58,135 nucleotides of DNA from Dehalococcoidales bacterium. GTDB lineage: Bacteria; Chloroflexota; Dehalococcoidia; Dehalococcoidales; Fen-1064. Each line of letters starts with the position of its first letter. Position 1 is the first letter of the stretch. The translations under genes and the position numbers were made by a program. Under the pieces are notes generated by a model, which did no database searches, had not been told where the DNA came from, and saw only the letters and a program-made list of their open reading frames with translations. Positions 30,086 to 41,030 of this stretch are shown piece after piece. Where the stretch lies: assembly GCA_020342155.1 (NCBI GenBank), contig CP070842.1, positions 398,388 through 456,522 of the forward strand, written 5' to 3'.

Positions 30086-32011
30086 TTGAGCGAGGAACCC
30101 GGAGGCGTAGGAAACACCCGTTATGACGATGTTTACCGGCATTCCGTGGTTGACCCTGAGGACTTCTGGGGCAGGATTGCCCGGGAGCTTCACTGGTACC
30201 AGAAGTGGGACAAGGTTCTTGATGATTCAGATACCCCGTTCTGCCGCTGGTTTGTCGGTGGCCGGACAAACCTATGCTATAACGCCGTAGACAGGCATGC
30301 CCTGGGTGGTCGCGCCGAAAAAACGGCTCTAGTCTGGGAGAGTACTGCCCAGGGTAAGTCTGAGACGATTACCTATGGCGAGCTGTATCGGCGTGTCAAC
30401 CATTTTGCCAGCGTCCTCAAGAATCTGGGGGTGGAGAAGGGGGACCGGGTTGCTATCTATCTGCCAATGATACCGGAGACAGCGGTTGCCATGCTTGCAT
30501 GTACGCGTATCGGGGCGATTCACATGGTTGTCTTCACCGGGTACGGTACTGATGCCCTGGCTAAGCGACTGGCGAATTCAAGGCCGAAGGTACTGATAAC
30601 GGCTGATGCTGGACTGCGAAGGAACCGGGCGGTCCTTCTCAAGGATACGGTTGATAAAGCTTTGGAGAAGGTCCCGGTAGAGAGGGTGATTGTGCTGAAT
30701 AGGGGTCTGGCAGAAGTCAATATGATGGAAAGCCGGGACTTTTTCTGGGATAGTCTGGTTGGTGATAAAGGCGATGAGTTCGTGGAACCGGTACCAATGG
30801 AAAGTAACGAGCCGTCCTACATACTCTATACGGCAGGTACTACAGGCGAGACATATGGTGTGGTGAGAGATACCGGGGGCTACATGGTCGCCATGTACAA
30901 CTCTATGAGGCAGATATACGATGTCGGAGCCGACGATGTCTTCTGGGCGGCTTCTGATTTTGGCTGGGTCGTCGGGCACAGCTATACGGTATATGCTCCG
31001 CTTCTCTTCGGGGTAACATCGGTAATATATGAGGGGACCCCCGACTACCCTGACCACGGTGTGATGTGGAGTGTAATTGAGAAGTACCACGTCAACAGTA
31101 TGTTTGCCGCTCCGACGACGATGAGGATGCTACACCGGTTCGGGATTGAGCATGCCAGGAAGTGTGACACCAGTTCACTACGCTATCTATTCCTTGCCGG
31201 CGAGATACTGGATGTGCCTACCTGGCAGTGGTGTGCTGAGGCGCTGGATGGTCGGCCGGTGATAGACAACTACTGGTTGACCGAATCAGGTTGGCCGGTG
31301 CTTAGCAACCTGCCTGGGATAGAACTCATTCCGACAAAACCGGGTTCGGTCACCAAACCGGTGGTCGGTTATAAGCTGGCTATCGTCGATGACACGGGCG
31401 AGCCGGTACTGGCAAATACCACAGGTTATCTGGTGGCAGAGCCCCCGTTGCCACCGGGGAACATCGTCACATTGTGGGGTGATGATGAACGGTATCGGCG
31501 AGAGTACTGGCAACAGATTCCAGGAATGTTCGCTACTGGTGACTACGCCGTGGCCGACGACGACGGCTATGTGAGACTGCTTGGCCGAACTGATGAAGTG
31601 CTGAACGTGGCTGCCCATCGACTCTCCATGAAAGAGATAGAGGTGGTAATAGCGTCTCATCCCGCAATAGCCGATGTATGCGTCATCGGCGTAGCCGATG
31701 TTATTAAGGGTGAAGAGCCTATTGCCCTGATTGTCCTTAAGCCGGGGCGGCAACCTTCGGGCCAACTCAAGGTAGAAATTAAGAACCTCGTCAGGGAGAG
31801 CATCGGGGCGATAGCGATACCTCGCGGCATTAACTTTGTACCGATGCTTCCCCGGATCAGGGACGGCCGTTATATGAAGAAGGTGCTCAGGGCAGCCTAC
31901 GAAAAGCAGGACTTGTCAGTCCTGAGTATCACCGAAAACGGCGCTAGCGCTGAGGAAGTGCAAGAAGCCTTCCGAGAAACGCAGAAGATGCTGGAAACAG
32001 CGGTAGATTAG
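30086..32011 (+). CDS. Acetate/propionate-CoA ligase (Acs/PrpE)-like protein with degenerate motifs
   Basis: WFVGGRTNLCYNAVDRH, DFGWVVGHSY, DNYWLTESG, TGD; P-loop and A10 motif altered. Confidence 0.85.
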   Translation: MSEEPGGVGNTRYDDVYRHSVVDPEDFWGRIARELHWYQKWDKVLDDSDTPFCRWFVGGRTNLCYNAVDRHALGGRAEKTALVWESTAQGKSETITYGELYRRVNHFASVLKNLGVEKGDRVAIYLPMIPETAVAMLACTRIGAIHMVVFTGYGTDALAKRLANSRPKVLITADAGLRRNRAVLLKDTVDKALEKVPVERVIVLNRGLAEVNMMESRDFFWDSLVGDKGDEFVEPVPMESNEPSYILYTAGTTGETYGVVRDTGGYMVAMYNSMRQIYDVGADDVFWAASDFGWVVGHSYTVYAPLLFGVTSVIYEGTPDYPDHGVMWSVIEKYHVNSMFAAPTTMRMLHRFGIEHARKCDTSSLRYLFLAGEILDVPTWQWCAEALDGRPVIDNYWLTESGWPVLSNLPGIELIPTKPGSVTKPVVGYKLAIVDDTGEPVLANTTGYLVAEPPLPPGNIVTLWGDDERYRREYWQQIPGMFATGDYAVADDDGYVRLLGRTDEVLNVAAHRLSMKEIEVVIASHPAIADVCVIGVADVIKGEEPIALIVLKPGRQPSGQLKVEIKNLVRESIGAIAIPRGINFVPMLPRIRDGRYMKKVLRAAYEKQDLSVLSITENGASAEEVQEAFRETQKMLETAVD

Positions 32012-32026
32012 GCCAGTCGACTGTAC

Positions 32027-32749
32027 CTATTCTCCCTGTTCGTCGGTAGGTGGGTTGGTTGTGTCTGTTGATGATGAAGACCGGTATACCCAGACTTTAC
32101 GGTCGGCAATATCACGGTCGAAAAGCAGTCGGTTGATGAGCAGTTCGCCAAGTGGTATCGATTTACTGAGGGCAGTTCTCGGGACCAGCAACCTTTTGGA
32201 AAATCCGATTAATGACATCGCCACGAAGCCCAGCGTAATTGACAACTTATCTTCTATGCCTATGTCTAGAGGTTCGCTGAGGAACCAGGCCAGTGTGGGC
32301 ACTGAGATATAGGCAAAGAACACGCCGAGAGCTACTAGCCGGAATGGGGCAAACAGATACGGCATCACCAGGGTATATAACCCCAGTAGCGGCGAAAGTA
32401 TCGTGATAAATCCCAGTGAGGCAAAGACACCACGTCCGCCGCGAAAGCTAAGAAATACCGGCCAATTATGGCCGATAATGGCACAGAGCCCGGCCGTAAC
32501 CTGCTGAGCGGCACCGAGTTCAAGCAACTGGGCTACCCAGACGCAAAAAGCCCCCTTGCCGATATCGAAAAGAGCCACCGGAACGGCCAGCCATTTGGGT
32601 CCCGTGCTGAGCACGTTGGCAGCACCAACGTTGCCCGTGCCTTGCTTACGGATGTCGACACCGCGAGCCCATTTAATGGCCAGGTAGGCGGCGGGCACTG
32701 AGCCAAGAAGGTAGGCACCTATTATCAGTAGTATGAACTGGATGTCCAA
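32027..32749 (-). CDS. plsY: Glycerol-3-phosphate acyltransferase PlsY family
   Basis: AYLLGSVP, GTGNVGAAN, DIGKG, GHNWP..FRGGRG. Confidence 0.85.
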   Translation of the reverse strand: MDIQFILLIIGAYLLGSVPAAYLAIKWARGVDIRKQGTGNVGAANVLSTGPKWLAVPVALFDIGKGAFCVWVAQLLELGAAQQVTAGLCAIIGHNWPVFLSFRGGRGVFASLGFITILSPLLGLYTLVMPYLFAPFRLVALGVFFAYISVPTLAWFLSEPLDIGIEDKLSITLGFVAMSLIGFSKRLLVPRTALSKSIPLGELLINRLLFDRDIADRKVWVYRSSSSTDTTNPPTDEQGE

Positions 32750-32764
32750 GACATCTCCTTATAA

Positions 32765-33616
32765 TTATGGGCTGGCTGGCTTCAGCCTTGTTTGTCGTGC
32801 CAGGGCCAGAAGATCCTTTAGCGATTCGTCAGGGATATCCACCCCGCCAATCGATACCTCCGAATTATTATCAAGACCATGGAAATCGGTACCGCCGGTG
32901 GTAATCAGATTGTGCCGGTTGGCTATGCTGACCAGCCTATCGATGTCTTCAGTAGCATAGCCTGCGTAGTAGGCTTCGATGCCAACCAGACCGGCCGCTT
33001 TCAACTCGGTAACCATCCGTTCCGGCTCGGGCAACGTCAACGGGTGTGCCAATACCGGCAGCCCTTTAGCCTGGATTACCAGTTCTACGGATTCGGCAGG
33101 GGTTACTTTCTCTCGTTCAACATAGGCCGGTCCATCCCGGCCAATATACTTTGTAAAGGCCTCTTTAAACGACTCGATATAGCCTCTTTCCAACATGGCT
33201 TGGGCGACGTGGGGGCGACCGATGGCACCCTCCCCGGCAATCTCCTGGACTCGTTCCCACTCAATCGGGCAGCCTAGTTCTTCCAGCTTGGTCACCATTT
33301 TCTGGGCGCGTTCCCACCGCGAATTATGCATCTGCTTCAGAGCGGCTTGCAGGTTGCCATCGATGTAGTCTATAAAGTACCCCAAGATATGCACTTCACC
33401 CTCGGGGACATCGGTGCTAATTTCAACACCCGGTATCAACCTGAGCCCAGGGAATGCACGAGCGGCTTCCAGTGCCGGTGATATGCCGTCAATGGTATCG
33501 TGGTCAGTCAAGGCAATTACGGTCAGCCCCTCACCCACGGCTCTACGAATGAGTTCGGCCGGGCTGAAACGACCATCAGATGCATTAGAATGCAGGTGAA
33601 GGTTTACGCTGAGCAT
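32765..33616 (-). CDS. PHP-domain phosphoesterase (YciV/TrpH-like)
   Basis: HLHSNASDG, LTDHD, GRPHVA, AHP, GGTDFHG. Confidence 0.9.
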   Translation of the reverse strand: MLSVNLHLHSNASDGRFSPAELIRRAVGEGLTVIALTDHDTIDGISPALEAARAFPGLRLIPGVEISTDVPEGEVHILGYFIDYIDGNLQAALKQMHNSRWERAQKMVTKLEELGCPIEWERVQEIAGEGAIGRPHVAQAMLERGYIESFKEAFTKYIGRDGPAYVEREKVTPAESVELVIQAKGLPVLAHPLTLPEPERMVTELKAAGLVGIEAYYAGYATEDIDRLVSIANRHNLITTGGTDFHGLDNNSEVSIGGVDIPDESLKDLLALARQTRLKPASP

Positions 33617-34380
33617 TAGTCTACCTCACGGCTGATTCGCTCGATTCTGGTTGCTTTACCACTGGCATCATCAACCGTTACCAGGATTGCGTCGAGCACT
33701 GTCTTTCCCTTACCCACTGATAGGTAATTGGGCATCATTGTCAGAAAGCGTTCTAGTACTGCCTCAATATCGTCGCCAATAATAGAATCTACTGGTCCTG
33801 TCATACCAATATCGGTGACGTAGGCGGTCCCCCCGGGTAGTATCCGGGCATCAATCGTCCCGACGTGCGTGTGTGTGCCCAGCACAGCACTTACCCGGCC
33901 ATCCAGGTATTGCCCCATCGCCATCTTTTCCGAAGTTGCTTCGGCGTGGAAGTCGACGATAACTACCGGTGGCCTGTCCTCGAACTCGCTGAGTAACCGG
34001 TCCATCGCCCGGAACGGGCAATCGTAGTTACCAATGAACGTCCTGCCTATCAGGTTGACCACCATAGCCTGATTAATAAGGTAGCCACGGCCGGGTACGC
34101 CTGGGGGGTAGTTCAAGGGTCGTATTATGGGCATGTCACTATCAAGGTAGGGGACTATCTCCTTATGGATCCATATGTGATTGCCCGAGGTGAGAACGTC
34201 GGCACCGGCATCGAGTAGCTCCTGGGCTGTACTCGGAGTTGTGCCCAGTCCACCGGCCGCATTCTCGGCGTTAACTACAACCAGGTCAGCCTGATATGAT
34301 TCCCGCAAGTCGGGCAGGAGGGTACTTACCGCCCGTCTCCCTGGCTTACCAATTACGTCACCAATTGCCAGTATTATCAT
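33616..34380 (-). CDS. ymdB: YmdB-family metallophosphoesterase
   Basis: GDVIG, NAENAAGG, DFHAEATSEK, GTHTHV. Confidence 0.93.
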   Translation of the reverse strand: MIILAIGDVIGKPGRRAVSTLLPDLRESYQADLVVVNAENAAGGLGTTPSTAQELLDAGADVLTSGNHIWIHKEIVPYLDSDMPIIRPLNYPPGVPGRGYLINQAMVVNLIGRTFIGNYDCPFRAMDRLLSEFEDRPPVVIVDFHAEATSEKMAMGQYLDGRVSAVLGTHTHVGTIDARILPGGTAYVTDIGMTGPVDSIIGDDIEAVLERFLTMMPNYLSVGKGKTVLDAILVTVDDASGKATRIERISREVD

Positions 34381-34449
34381 TGGACCTCTATCCAGGCAGA
34401 AAGAGGTTGCCTAAAAGGCTCGTTTCCTTCGCCTCGTAGTGCCCTTCTG

Positions 34450-35982
34450 TTACTTGGCATAGTCTACCGCCCGGGTTTCCCTGAGCACGGTTACCTTAAT
34501 CTGGCCGGGGTATTCCAGTCCTTCCTCTATCTTCTTAACGATGTCCCGGGCAAGTCTCATGCCGCCCAGGTCATCAATCTCTTCCGGTTTAACCAGGATG
34601 CGGATTTCCCGACCTGCCTGAATGGCATAGGACTTATCCACGCCCGAGAAACCGTTAGCGATGTCTTCCAGTGCTCTCAGTCGCTTCAGGTAGTTCTCCA
34701 GCGACTCTCGCCTGGCTCCAGGCCGGGCGCTGCTGATAGCGTCGGCTGCGGCGACGATGAAGCCCCAGATACTTACGTTGGATGTCTCGAGGTGGTGCTC
34801 GGCGATGCCCTGGACTACTTCAGGGGATTTCTCCCATTGTTTAACGAGGTCAGCCCCGATAGCAGCATGGGTGCCTTCCACCTCGCGGTCAACCGCCTTG
34901 CCGATGTCGTGCAGCAACCCGGCTTTCTTAGCAGTGGCCGGATTGGCGCCCAGTTCTGAGGCAATCATCCCTGACATAAAGGCTACTTCAATACTGTGTG
35001 CTAGCACATTCTGTCCGTAACTGGTGCGATATTTAAGGCGGCCTAGCAGTTTGATGAGTTCAGGGCGTAGTCCGTGCACACCAACCTGATAAGCTGCCTG
35101 CTCTCCGGCATTGATGATTTCGGCTTCGACCTCTTCTTCAGCCTTTTTCACCACCTCTTCAATACGGGCGGGATGGATACGGCCATCGAGAATGAGTTTG
35201 GTCAGGGCATTGCGAGCGATCTCTCTTCGCACAGGATCGAAGCTGGAGAGGGTCACCGCTTCCGGGGTGTCGTCAACAATCAGGTCAACGCCGGTAGCCT
35301 GCTCTAATGCCCGGATGTTACGTCCTTCTCGCCCAATGAGGCGGCCCTTCATTTCGTCGCTGGGAAGGGGGACACTAACTGCCGTGGCCTCCGATACCAC
35401 CTCGGAGGCACTGCGCTGGATTGTCTGGGTCAGGATTTCCTGTGATTTTAGGTCAGCTTCTGCCTTTAGCTTGGTTTCCCACTCTCGGAGGCGCCGTGAG
35501 GCTTCCTCGTCCATCTCAGACTCCATCCTTTCGAGCAGTACATCCTTTGCCTCAGTGCTTGACATCCCTGAGATGAGTTCCAATTGCTTAAGTTGCTTGT
35601 CCCGGGCCTCTTCAAGCTGGGCCTTTGTGGTCTCCAGGGTTTTTTCCCTGTTGGCCAGGCCACGTTCACGTTGCGCAACACTTTCCGTCTTGCGATCTAG
35701 GTTCTCTGTCTTGGATTGCAGGCGATTCTCCTGACGCTGCAATTCTGAGCGCCGCTCCCGGTACTCTGTCTCAGCAGATGCTTTTGCCTTCTCCGCATCT
35801 TCCTTGGCTTGGTCGAGTAACTCCTTGCTCTCGACTCTGGCTTCCGCCATCATTCTGGCTGCCTTTCGCTGAGCCGCTCGGAGCTGGCGGTTAATAGCCA
35901 TACGTCTCCAGAAAAAGACGATGGCACCACCAAAAACGGTCCCTATAACAAAGCTAGAAATATAGACTAATACAGTTTCCAT
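34450..35982 (-). CDS. rny: Ribonuclease Y
   Basis: N-terminal TM and coiled coil, KH motif [15 protein letters not shown] motif LLHDIGK. Confidence 0.97.
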   Translation of the reverse strand: METVLVYISSFVIGTVFGGAIVFFWRRMAINRQLRAAQRKAARMMAEARVESKELLDQAKEDAEKAKASAETEYRERRSELQRQENRLQSKTENLDRKTESVAQRERGLANREKTLETTKAQLEEARDKQLKQLELISGMSSTEAKDVLLERMESEMDEEASRRLREWETKLKAEADLKSQEILTQTIQRSASEVVSEATAVSVPLPSDEMKGRLIGREGRNIRALEQATGVDLIVDDTPEAVTLSSFDPVRREIARNALTKLILDGRIHPARIEEVVKKAEEEVEAEIINAGEQAAYQVGVHGLRPELIKLLGRLKYRTSYGQNVLAHSIEVAFMSGMIASELGANPATAKKAGLLHDIGKAVDREVEGTHAAIGADLVKQWEKSPEVVQGIAEHHLETSNVSIWGFIVAAADAISSARPGARRESLENYLKRLRALEDIANGFSGVDKSYAIQAGREIRILVKPEEIDDLGGMRLARDIVKKIEEGLEYPGQIKVTVLRETRAVDYAK

Positions 35983-36030
35983 CTTGTCCTCACCTCACTT
36001 TCCTTACCATTTTTCGTTAGTACTGTATTT

Positions 36031-36696
36031 TTATCTCTCAAGAGGTGCTGTCCGTTCTTCTTGCTCCAGTTCTTGCCAGAGACGCCTCACGGTATCGGCG
36101 ATTACTCCGTAGCTGAAGCCGCGTCTCTTAAGATAGTCACCCAAATGTCGGCGGAAGGCCTGGTAGTCTGACAGGGGCAGTCGTCTTACCCGGCTGGACG
36201 CCGCTCGATAGGCACTATCATTATCATCGATATCGCCAACCACTGTATTTATGATGTCTGCAGCGACTCCTTGCCTCCTCAATTCCAATCCGGTTAGCCA
36301 CCGGCTACGAGGGCTGAATGTGTCCCGGTTTTCCTTCCAGAACTGCGCAAAGGCGACATCATCCACAAAGCCCTGCTCCTTCAGGCGGGCGATTACCATT
36401 TCGATAATATCGCTTTCAAAGCCACGCTGATTGAGGCGCTTTCTTAGCTCTGACTCGCTCCTCGGTCGGTAGCTAAGAAAACGTGTGGCAGCGTTCAGGC
36501 CACGGTAAAAATACCCCTCCCTGGTCAATGCCTTAATCTGGCTGGCCGATAGCTCCTGTCCAACCTGTAACCCTTGCTTGACTACTGCCTCTGTTTCCAG
36601 GGTGAAGGTAAACTGGCTATCAAGGAACACATTTGCCCTTTTGCCACTATTCTGGCCTGAGCGGTTCGCTATACGAATCGCTGTAATCCTGACCAT
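36031..36696 (-). CDS. recX: RecX family regulatory protein
   Basis: LSYRPRSESELR, DDVAFA, YLKRRGF; follows recA. Start is ATG 36696 or GTG 36714. Confidence 0.9.
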   Translation of the reverse strand: MVRITAIRIANRSGQNSGKRANVFLDSQFTFTLETEAVVKQGLQVGQELSASQIKALTREGYFYRGLNAATRFLSYRPRSESELRKRLNQRGFESDIIEMVIARLKEQGFVDDVAFAQFWKENRDTFSPRSRWLTGLELRRQGVAADIINTVVGDIDDNDSAYRAASSRVRRLPLSDYQAFRRHLGDYLKRRGFSYGVIADTVRRLWQELEQEERTAPLER

Positions 36697-36712
36697 CGAA
36701 TCAAATCCATTC

Positions 36713-36745
36713 ACAAAATAGAGCTGAGACTCAGGCCTCAGCTCT
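36713..36745 (-). terminator. Intrinsic terminator or attenuator between recA and recX
   Basis: AGAGCTGAG, 8 nt loop, CTCAGCTCT, then ATTTTGT. Confidence 0.65.
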
Positions 36746-36786
36746 GCCGCATTTGTCAGCTATTAAATTGTCTGGTATCTGGAGTC

Positions 36787-37818
36787 TTACGGGCCCTCGT
36801 CCGGAATTGGGTCCTTGACCGGACCAGGTACAGTAATAGCTGAGGCTCTGACCTGCTGCTCAATCTCCTGGGCAATTCCAGGATTTTGCTCAAGGAACTG
36901 CTTGGCATTCTCCCTGCCTTGCCCCAGACGAGTATCATCCCAGGAGAAGAAAGCACCACTCTTCTTCACCAGCCCCAGCTCAACACCGAGGTCAATAAGG
37001 TCGGCTTCGCGGCTTATTCCGCGGCCAAACATCATGTCAAACATGGCGGTCCGAAACGGCGGAGCAACCTTGTTTTTTACTATGCGAGCACGGACGCGAT
37101 TGCCGATAGCCCTGTCACCCTGCTTGATTGTCTCCACGCGCCTCAGGTCTATACGTATCGAACTGTAGAACTTGAGGGCTCTGCCACCCGGTGTGACTTC
37201 GGGATTACCGAAGAAGACTCCAACCTTTTCCCTCAGTTGATTGATGAATATCACCGCACTCCCCGACTTGCCGATAGCCGCTGCCAGCTTCCTCAAGGCC
37301 TGTGACATCAGGCGAGCCTGCAGGGCTACCTGGGTATCTCCCATTTCCCCTTCAATCTCAGCCCGGGGGACCAGGGCGGCGACGCTGTCCACCACGATGA
37401 CGTCGACAGCGCCACTCCGAACCAGCGCCTCGGTGATTTCCAGGGCTTGCTCACCGGTGTCGGGTTGGGAGATAAGCATGTCCTCAAGGTTGACCCCACA
37501 GTTAGCAGCGTATGCGGGGTCCAGGGCGTGCTCTACGTCGACGTAGGCGGCAATACCCCCCCTTTTTTGCGCCTCGGCGATGATGTGGTATCCCAGAGTG
37601 GTCTTCCCTGAAGACTCAGGGCCAAACACCTCTATAATCCGCCCTCGGGGAATACCACCCACTCCCAAGGCCAGGTCAAGCGAAATTGAGCCGCTGGGGA
37701 TCGCCTCAATTGGCGATTCCCCGGCCGACTCTCCCAGTTTCATGATAGAGCCTTTGCCATACCGTTTTTCGATCTGGCCGATGGCTAGTTCTAGTGCCTT
37801 TTCCTTCTCTGTGGTCAT
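36787..37818 (-). CDS. recA: Recombinase A
   Basis: [37 protein letters not shown]; start ATG 37818. Confidence 0.98.
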   Translation of the reverse strand: MTTEKEKALELAIGQIEKRYGKGSIMKLGESAGESPIEAIPSGSISLDLALGVGGIPRGRIIEVFGPESSGKTTLGYHIIAEAQKRGGIAAYVDVEHALDPAYAANCGVNLEDMLISQPDTGEQALEITEALVRSGAVDVIVVDSVAALVPRAEIEGEMGDTQVALQARLMSQALRKLAAAIGKSGSAVIFINQLREKVGVFFGNPEVTPGGRALKFYSSIRIDLRRVETIKQGDRAIGNRVRARIVKNKVAPPFRTAMFDMMFGRGISREADLIDLGVELGLVKKSGAFFSWDDTRLGQGRENAKQFLEQNPGIAQEIEQQVRASAITVPGPVKDPIPDEGP

Positions 37819-37927
37819 ATTCGCCTGACATAAGAATATCATAAACATTTGGGGATAGCAAGGGTAATCTGGGGTTGTATTGTAGTTAAAAATCCCGGAT
37901 ATTACGGAGTCGGAAGGTCTTTTCTCG

Positions 37928-38656
37928 CTAGAAATCGGGTAGCATTGGAGGCTGGCGCTTGTGGTGGCCGGTGGCCATCTTGGTCTCAATTTTCTCCCGG
38001 ACCTTGACGCTGGCTTCGCCAGTAAGCAGATAGCGGTCAATCTCCTCATAGCTGAGACCCAGCTCGGCTTCGTCGGTCTGCCCCGGCCAGAGTCCGGCCG
38101 ATGGCGGCTTGTCAATAATTTCACGGGGGATATCGAGGGACATGGCCATGTCCCTGACCTGGGCTTTAACCAGGTTTCCCAGAGGGGCGATATCAATCCC
38201 GCCGTCGCCATACTTGGTGAAATAGCCGACGGTAAGTTCACTACGGTTGCTTGAGCCGACGACCAGATACTGAAGCTGATTGGCGAGGTAATATAGGATA
38301 ATCATGCGGAGGCGGACCTTGAGGTTTGACCTGGCGAGGTGCATCGCTTCCGGAGATTTCTTTTCATCAGGCAGGAGTTCGCTCAGGGCATCGTAAACAT
38401 TGTCCAGAACGACCAGTCGCGTTGGTATGGAGAACTTATCCACCACCAATCTGGAATGCTCCTCGTCCTGGGGAACGCTGTGGCAGGGCATCATTACTGC
38501 CAGCGTGCTCTCGGGGAAGGCACGCTTGCACAGGACTGCCACCACAGCCGAATCAACCCCGCCACTCAGGCCGAGCACTGTCCCGCGACATCGCGCTTCG
38601 ACAACCTTGTCCCTTATCCAGTCGACCAGCCTTTCGCCCAGTTGCGCTGTGTCCAT
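37928..38656 (-). CDS. nadE: NH3-dependent NAD+ synthetase
   Basis: [31 protein letters not shown]; start ATG 38656 after GGAG. Confidence 0.95.
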   Translation of the reverse strand: MDTAQLGERLVDWIRDKVVEARCRGTVLGLSGGVDSAVVAVLCKRAFPESTLAVMMPCHSVPQDEEHSRLVVDKFSIPTRLVVLDNVYDALSELLPDEKKSPEAMHLARSNLKVRLRMIILYYLANQLQYLVVGSSNRSELTVGYFTKYGDGGIDIAPLGNLVKAQVRDMAMSLDIPREIIDKPPSAGLWPGQTDEAELGLSYEEIDRYLLTGEASVKVREKIETKMATGHHKRQPPMLPDF

Positions 38657-38730
38657 CTCTCCTTTGCCTCGGTATGCTGTCGGTAGTATACTATCCTGTA
38701 GCCACAACGTCAAAAGGAGCAGGTTGTACC

Positions 38731-40278
38731 ATGCCATCTGTAGACCTTGTTTTCAGAAACGCCAATGTGATAACGATGGACCCGGTACAGCCCCGGGCGG
38801 AGTTGGTGGCTGTCAGGGATGGGAAGGTCTGGTTGGTTGGCGGTAAAGATGAGGTGTCGGATATTCGGGGTAGTGGCACAAAGATAATCGATTGCCAGGG
38901 CAAGACCCTCGTGCCCGGTTATAACGATTCTCATTGCCACATCTTCTCATTTCTCAGGAAGCTGCTCAGCATTGACCTAAGCCCTCCGGCCATCGGGTCG
39001 ATTACCGATATCAAGGAGACCGTAGCTCGTCAGGCGCAGAAGATCCCACCCGGCCAGTGGATAACGGGGACAGACTATAACGAATTTTACCTTGAGGAGA
39101 AACGCCATCCTAACCGACGGGATATTGATGAAGTAGCGCCAGACCACCCGGTGGTGTTGTCGCACCGCTCTCTGCATGCCTGCGTTCTCAATAGTCGGGC
39201 GCTGGCACTGGCCGGCATCAACCGTGAGACCCCGGAGCCTCCCGGTGCACTCATCGAGCGGGACCTGACTGACGGGGAGCCCAACGGGATTCTCTACGAG
39301 ATGCTGGGTTTTGTCAGGGAGAAGGTGATGCCTCCCTGGACTGAGGAAGAGCTGAATGAGGGTATGAAGTTGGCGAACCAGCAATATCTCTCGCAGGGTC
39401 TCACCTCTCTGCAGGATGCCACTGTAGTCAATGATTACCGGCGGTGGCAGGCTTTTCGTCGCTTTATTTACAGCGGTAGGTTCAGGAGCCGGATATACAT
39501 GATGTTTGGCCCCGAGGCCTCCAGTCAGTTTGGGGAAGCAGGTCTGGCTTTCGGAGCCGGTGATAATCAGTTGCGCCTGGGGGGGCTGAAGATTGTGCCC
39601 AGCAGTCCTGGCGGACAATTATATCCACCACAGCCGGAGCTAAACCGGATGATCCTGGAGGCCCACCAGCAGGGCTTTCAGGTGGCGGTACACGCCGTCC
39701 GAGATAGCACCGTTGAGGCGGTGGCTACTGCCTATGAATATGCCCAGACCCAGTTGCCGGAGTTGGGCCGTCGGCACCGCGTCGAGCACTGTGCCGAGTG
39801 CCCTCCACCTTTGCTGGAACGGCTCCGACGACTTCAGGCTGTTATAGCTACCCAACCGCCTTTTTTCTATTACTCCGGGGAACGATACCTGGCGATGGTG
39901 CCTGAGGAGACACTGCCCTACCTCTACCGCATCAGGTCCTTTTTCGATGCCGGGGTGATTGTGGCTGGGAGTTCAGATTCTCCGATAGTATCCAACAATC
40001 CACTAGTTGGTATATACAGTGCTGTAACCAGAAGGACGACCTCAGGAGAGCAGCTTCAGCCTGAGGAGACCATATCACCGGAGCAGGCGCTGGCCATGTA
40101 TACCACCAATGCCGCCTATGCCTCTCACGAGGAGGGCATCAAAGGCTCAATCACCCCGGGTAAACTGGCGGACATGGTGCTTTTGAGTGATGATCCGACC
40201 AGGGTAGATGCTGAGGCGATAAAGGATATAAAAGTGGAGATGACGATTAGTGGTGGGGAGATAGTGTGGGAGGCTTGA
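38731..40278 (+). CDS. Amidohydrolase_3 (YtcJ-like) metal-dependent hydrolase
   Basis: PGYNDSHCH, VAVHAV, HRVEH, SSDSP, GSITPGKLAD; start ATG 38731 after AGGAG. Confidence 0.9.
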   Translation: MPSVDLVFRNANVITMDPVQPRAELVAVRDGKVWLVGGKDEVSDIRGSGTKIIDCQGKTLVPGYNDSHCHIFSFLRKLLSIDLSPPAIGSITDIKETVARQAQKIPPGQWITGTDYNEFYLEEKRHPNRRDIDEVAPDHPVVLSHRSLHACVLNSRALALAGINRETPEPPGALIERDLTDGEPNGILYEMLGFVREKVMPPWTEEELNEGMKLANQQYLSQGLTSLQDATVVNDYRRWQAFRRFIYSGRFRSRIYMMFGPEASSQFGEAGLAFGAGDNQLRLGGLKIVPSSPGGQLYPPQPELNRMILEAHQQGFQVAVHAVRDSTVEAVATAYEYAQTQLPELGRRHRVEHCAECPPPLLERLRRLQAVIATQPPFFYYSGERYLAMVPEETLPYLYRIRSFFDAGVIVAGSSDSPIVSNNPLVGIYSAVTRRTTSGEQLQPEETISPEQALAMYTTNAAYASHEEGIKGSITPGKLADMVLLSDDPTRVDAEAIKDIKVEMTISGGEIVWEA

Positions 40279-40325
40279 CTGGCTCAGATAGAAAGAGTGT
40301 TGAGTAACAACGGCGAGTACCATAA

Positions 40326-41030
40326 TTGATAGCCTTACGAATTAAGCGTGCATTTGCCGTATTGCATGTCGGGTTATTAGTCATACGATATGCTGGTATG
40401 CGCGTTGCTCTTCAGAAGTTGGGACATCAGCTATATGGTCGTACGGTTTTCTACGGTACTGTGAAACGGTTTGATGACTCGGCTACAGAGAACACGTCGG
40501 AATATTACACGACACTGGCCTCATCAGAAGACATAGACGAGTTCTTCAGCAATGTTAATTCTGAGAGTAATGATGGTAAATACCAGCTACTAGTGCGAAG
40601 ATGGTATCACGAGCGTAGATTTGGCGACTGCTACGTTACGAAAGTTAAAGGCACAGACGAGATATGTGCCGCTAATTGGGTGGTGACAAAAAAGCACCTT
40701 GAAGAAATGGGATGGGAAGGCCGATATCCAAACTTTACGGTCAAAGATGTTTTACGCGAGAATACATATGTACTTGAGAAATTCCGTAGAATGGGAGTTC
40801 AGCAATCGGGCTCTCTATGTATGGATATAATCTGCCTTGAGATGGGATTCACTCATGGGAAAGACTCAGTTGCCGAGAACAATACTCCTGCACTACTCTC
40901 CAACCTGAAGAACAATTGGCTGGCATATGAGAAGGTTGTGGAACGCCATTTATTGTTCCAAGTTACCAGGAAGATTATCGAAACGTACGACCCACCTATT
41001 CCTATTCCTATCCTGCAGGAGAACCAATAA
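40326..41030 (+). CDS. Hypothetical protein, possible divergent GNAT fold
   Basis: YVLEKFRRMGV and NTPAL resemble GNAT motifs A and B; AT-rich; start uncertain. Confidence 0.55.
   Translation: MIALRIKRAFAVLHVGLLVIRYAGMRVALQKLGHQLYGRTVFYGTVKRFDDSATENTSEYYTTLASSEDIDEFFSNVNSESNDGKYQLLVRRWYHERRFGDCYVTKVKGTDEICAANWVVTKKHLEEMGWEGRYPNFTVKDVLRENTYVLEKFRRMGVQQSGSLCMDIICLEMGFTHGKDSVAENNTPALLSNLKNNWLAYEKVVERHLLFQVTRKIIETYDPPIPIPILQENQ

Noticed and set aside
37819-38241. 141 aa N-terminal extension of RecA in the ORF track
   Set aside because: It overlaps nadE in another frame; the RecA consensus begins at ATG 37818.
38326-38730. Extended N-terminus of the amidohydrolase
   Set aside because: It overlaps nadE antisense; the SD and family start fit ATG 38731.
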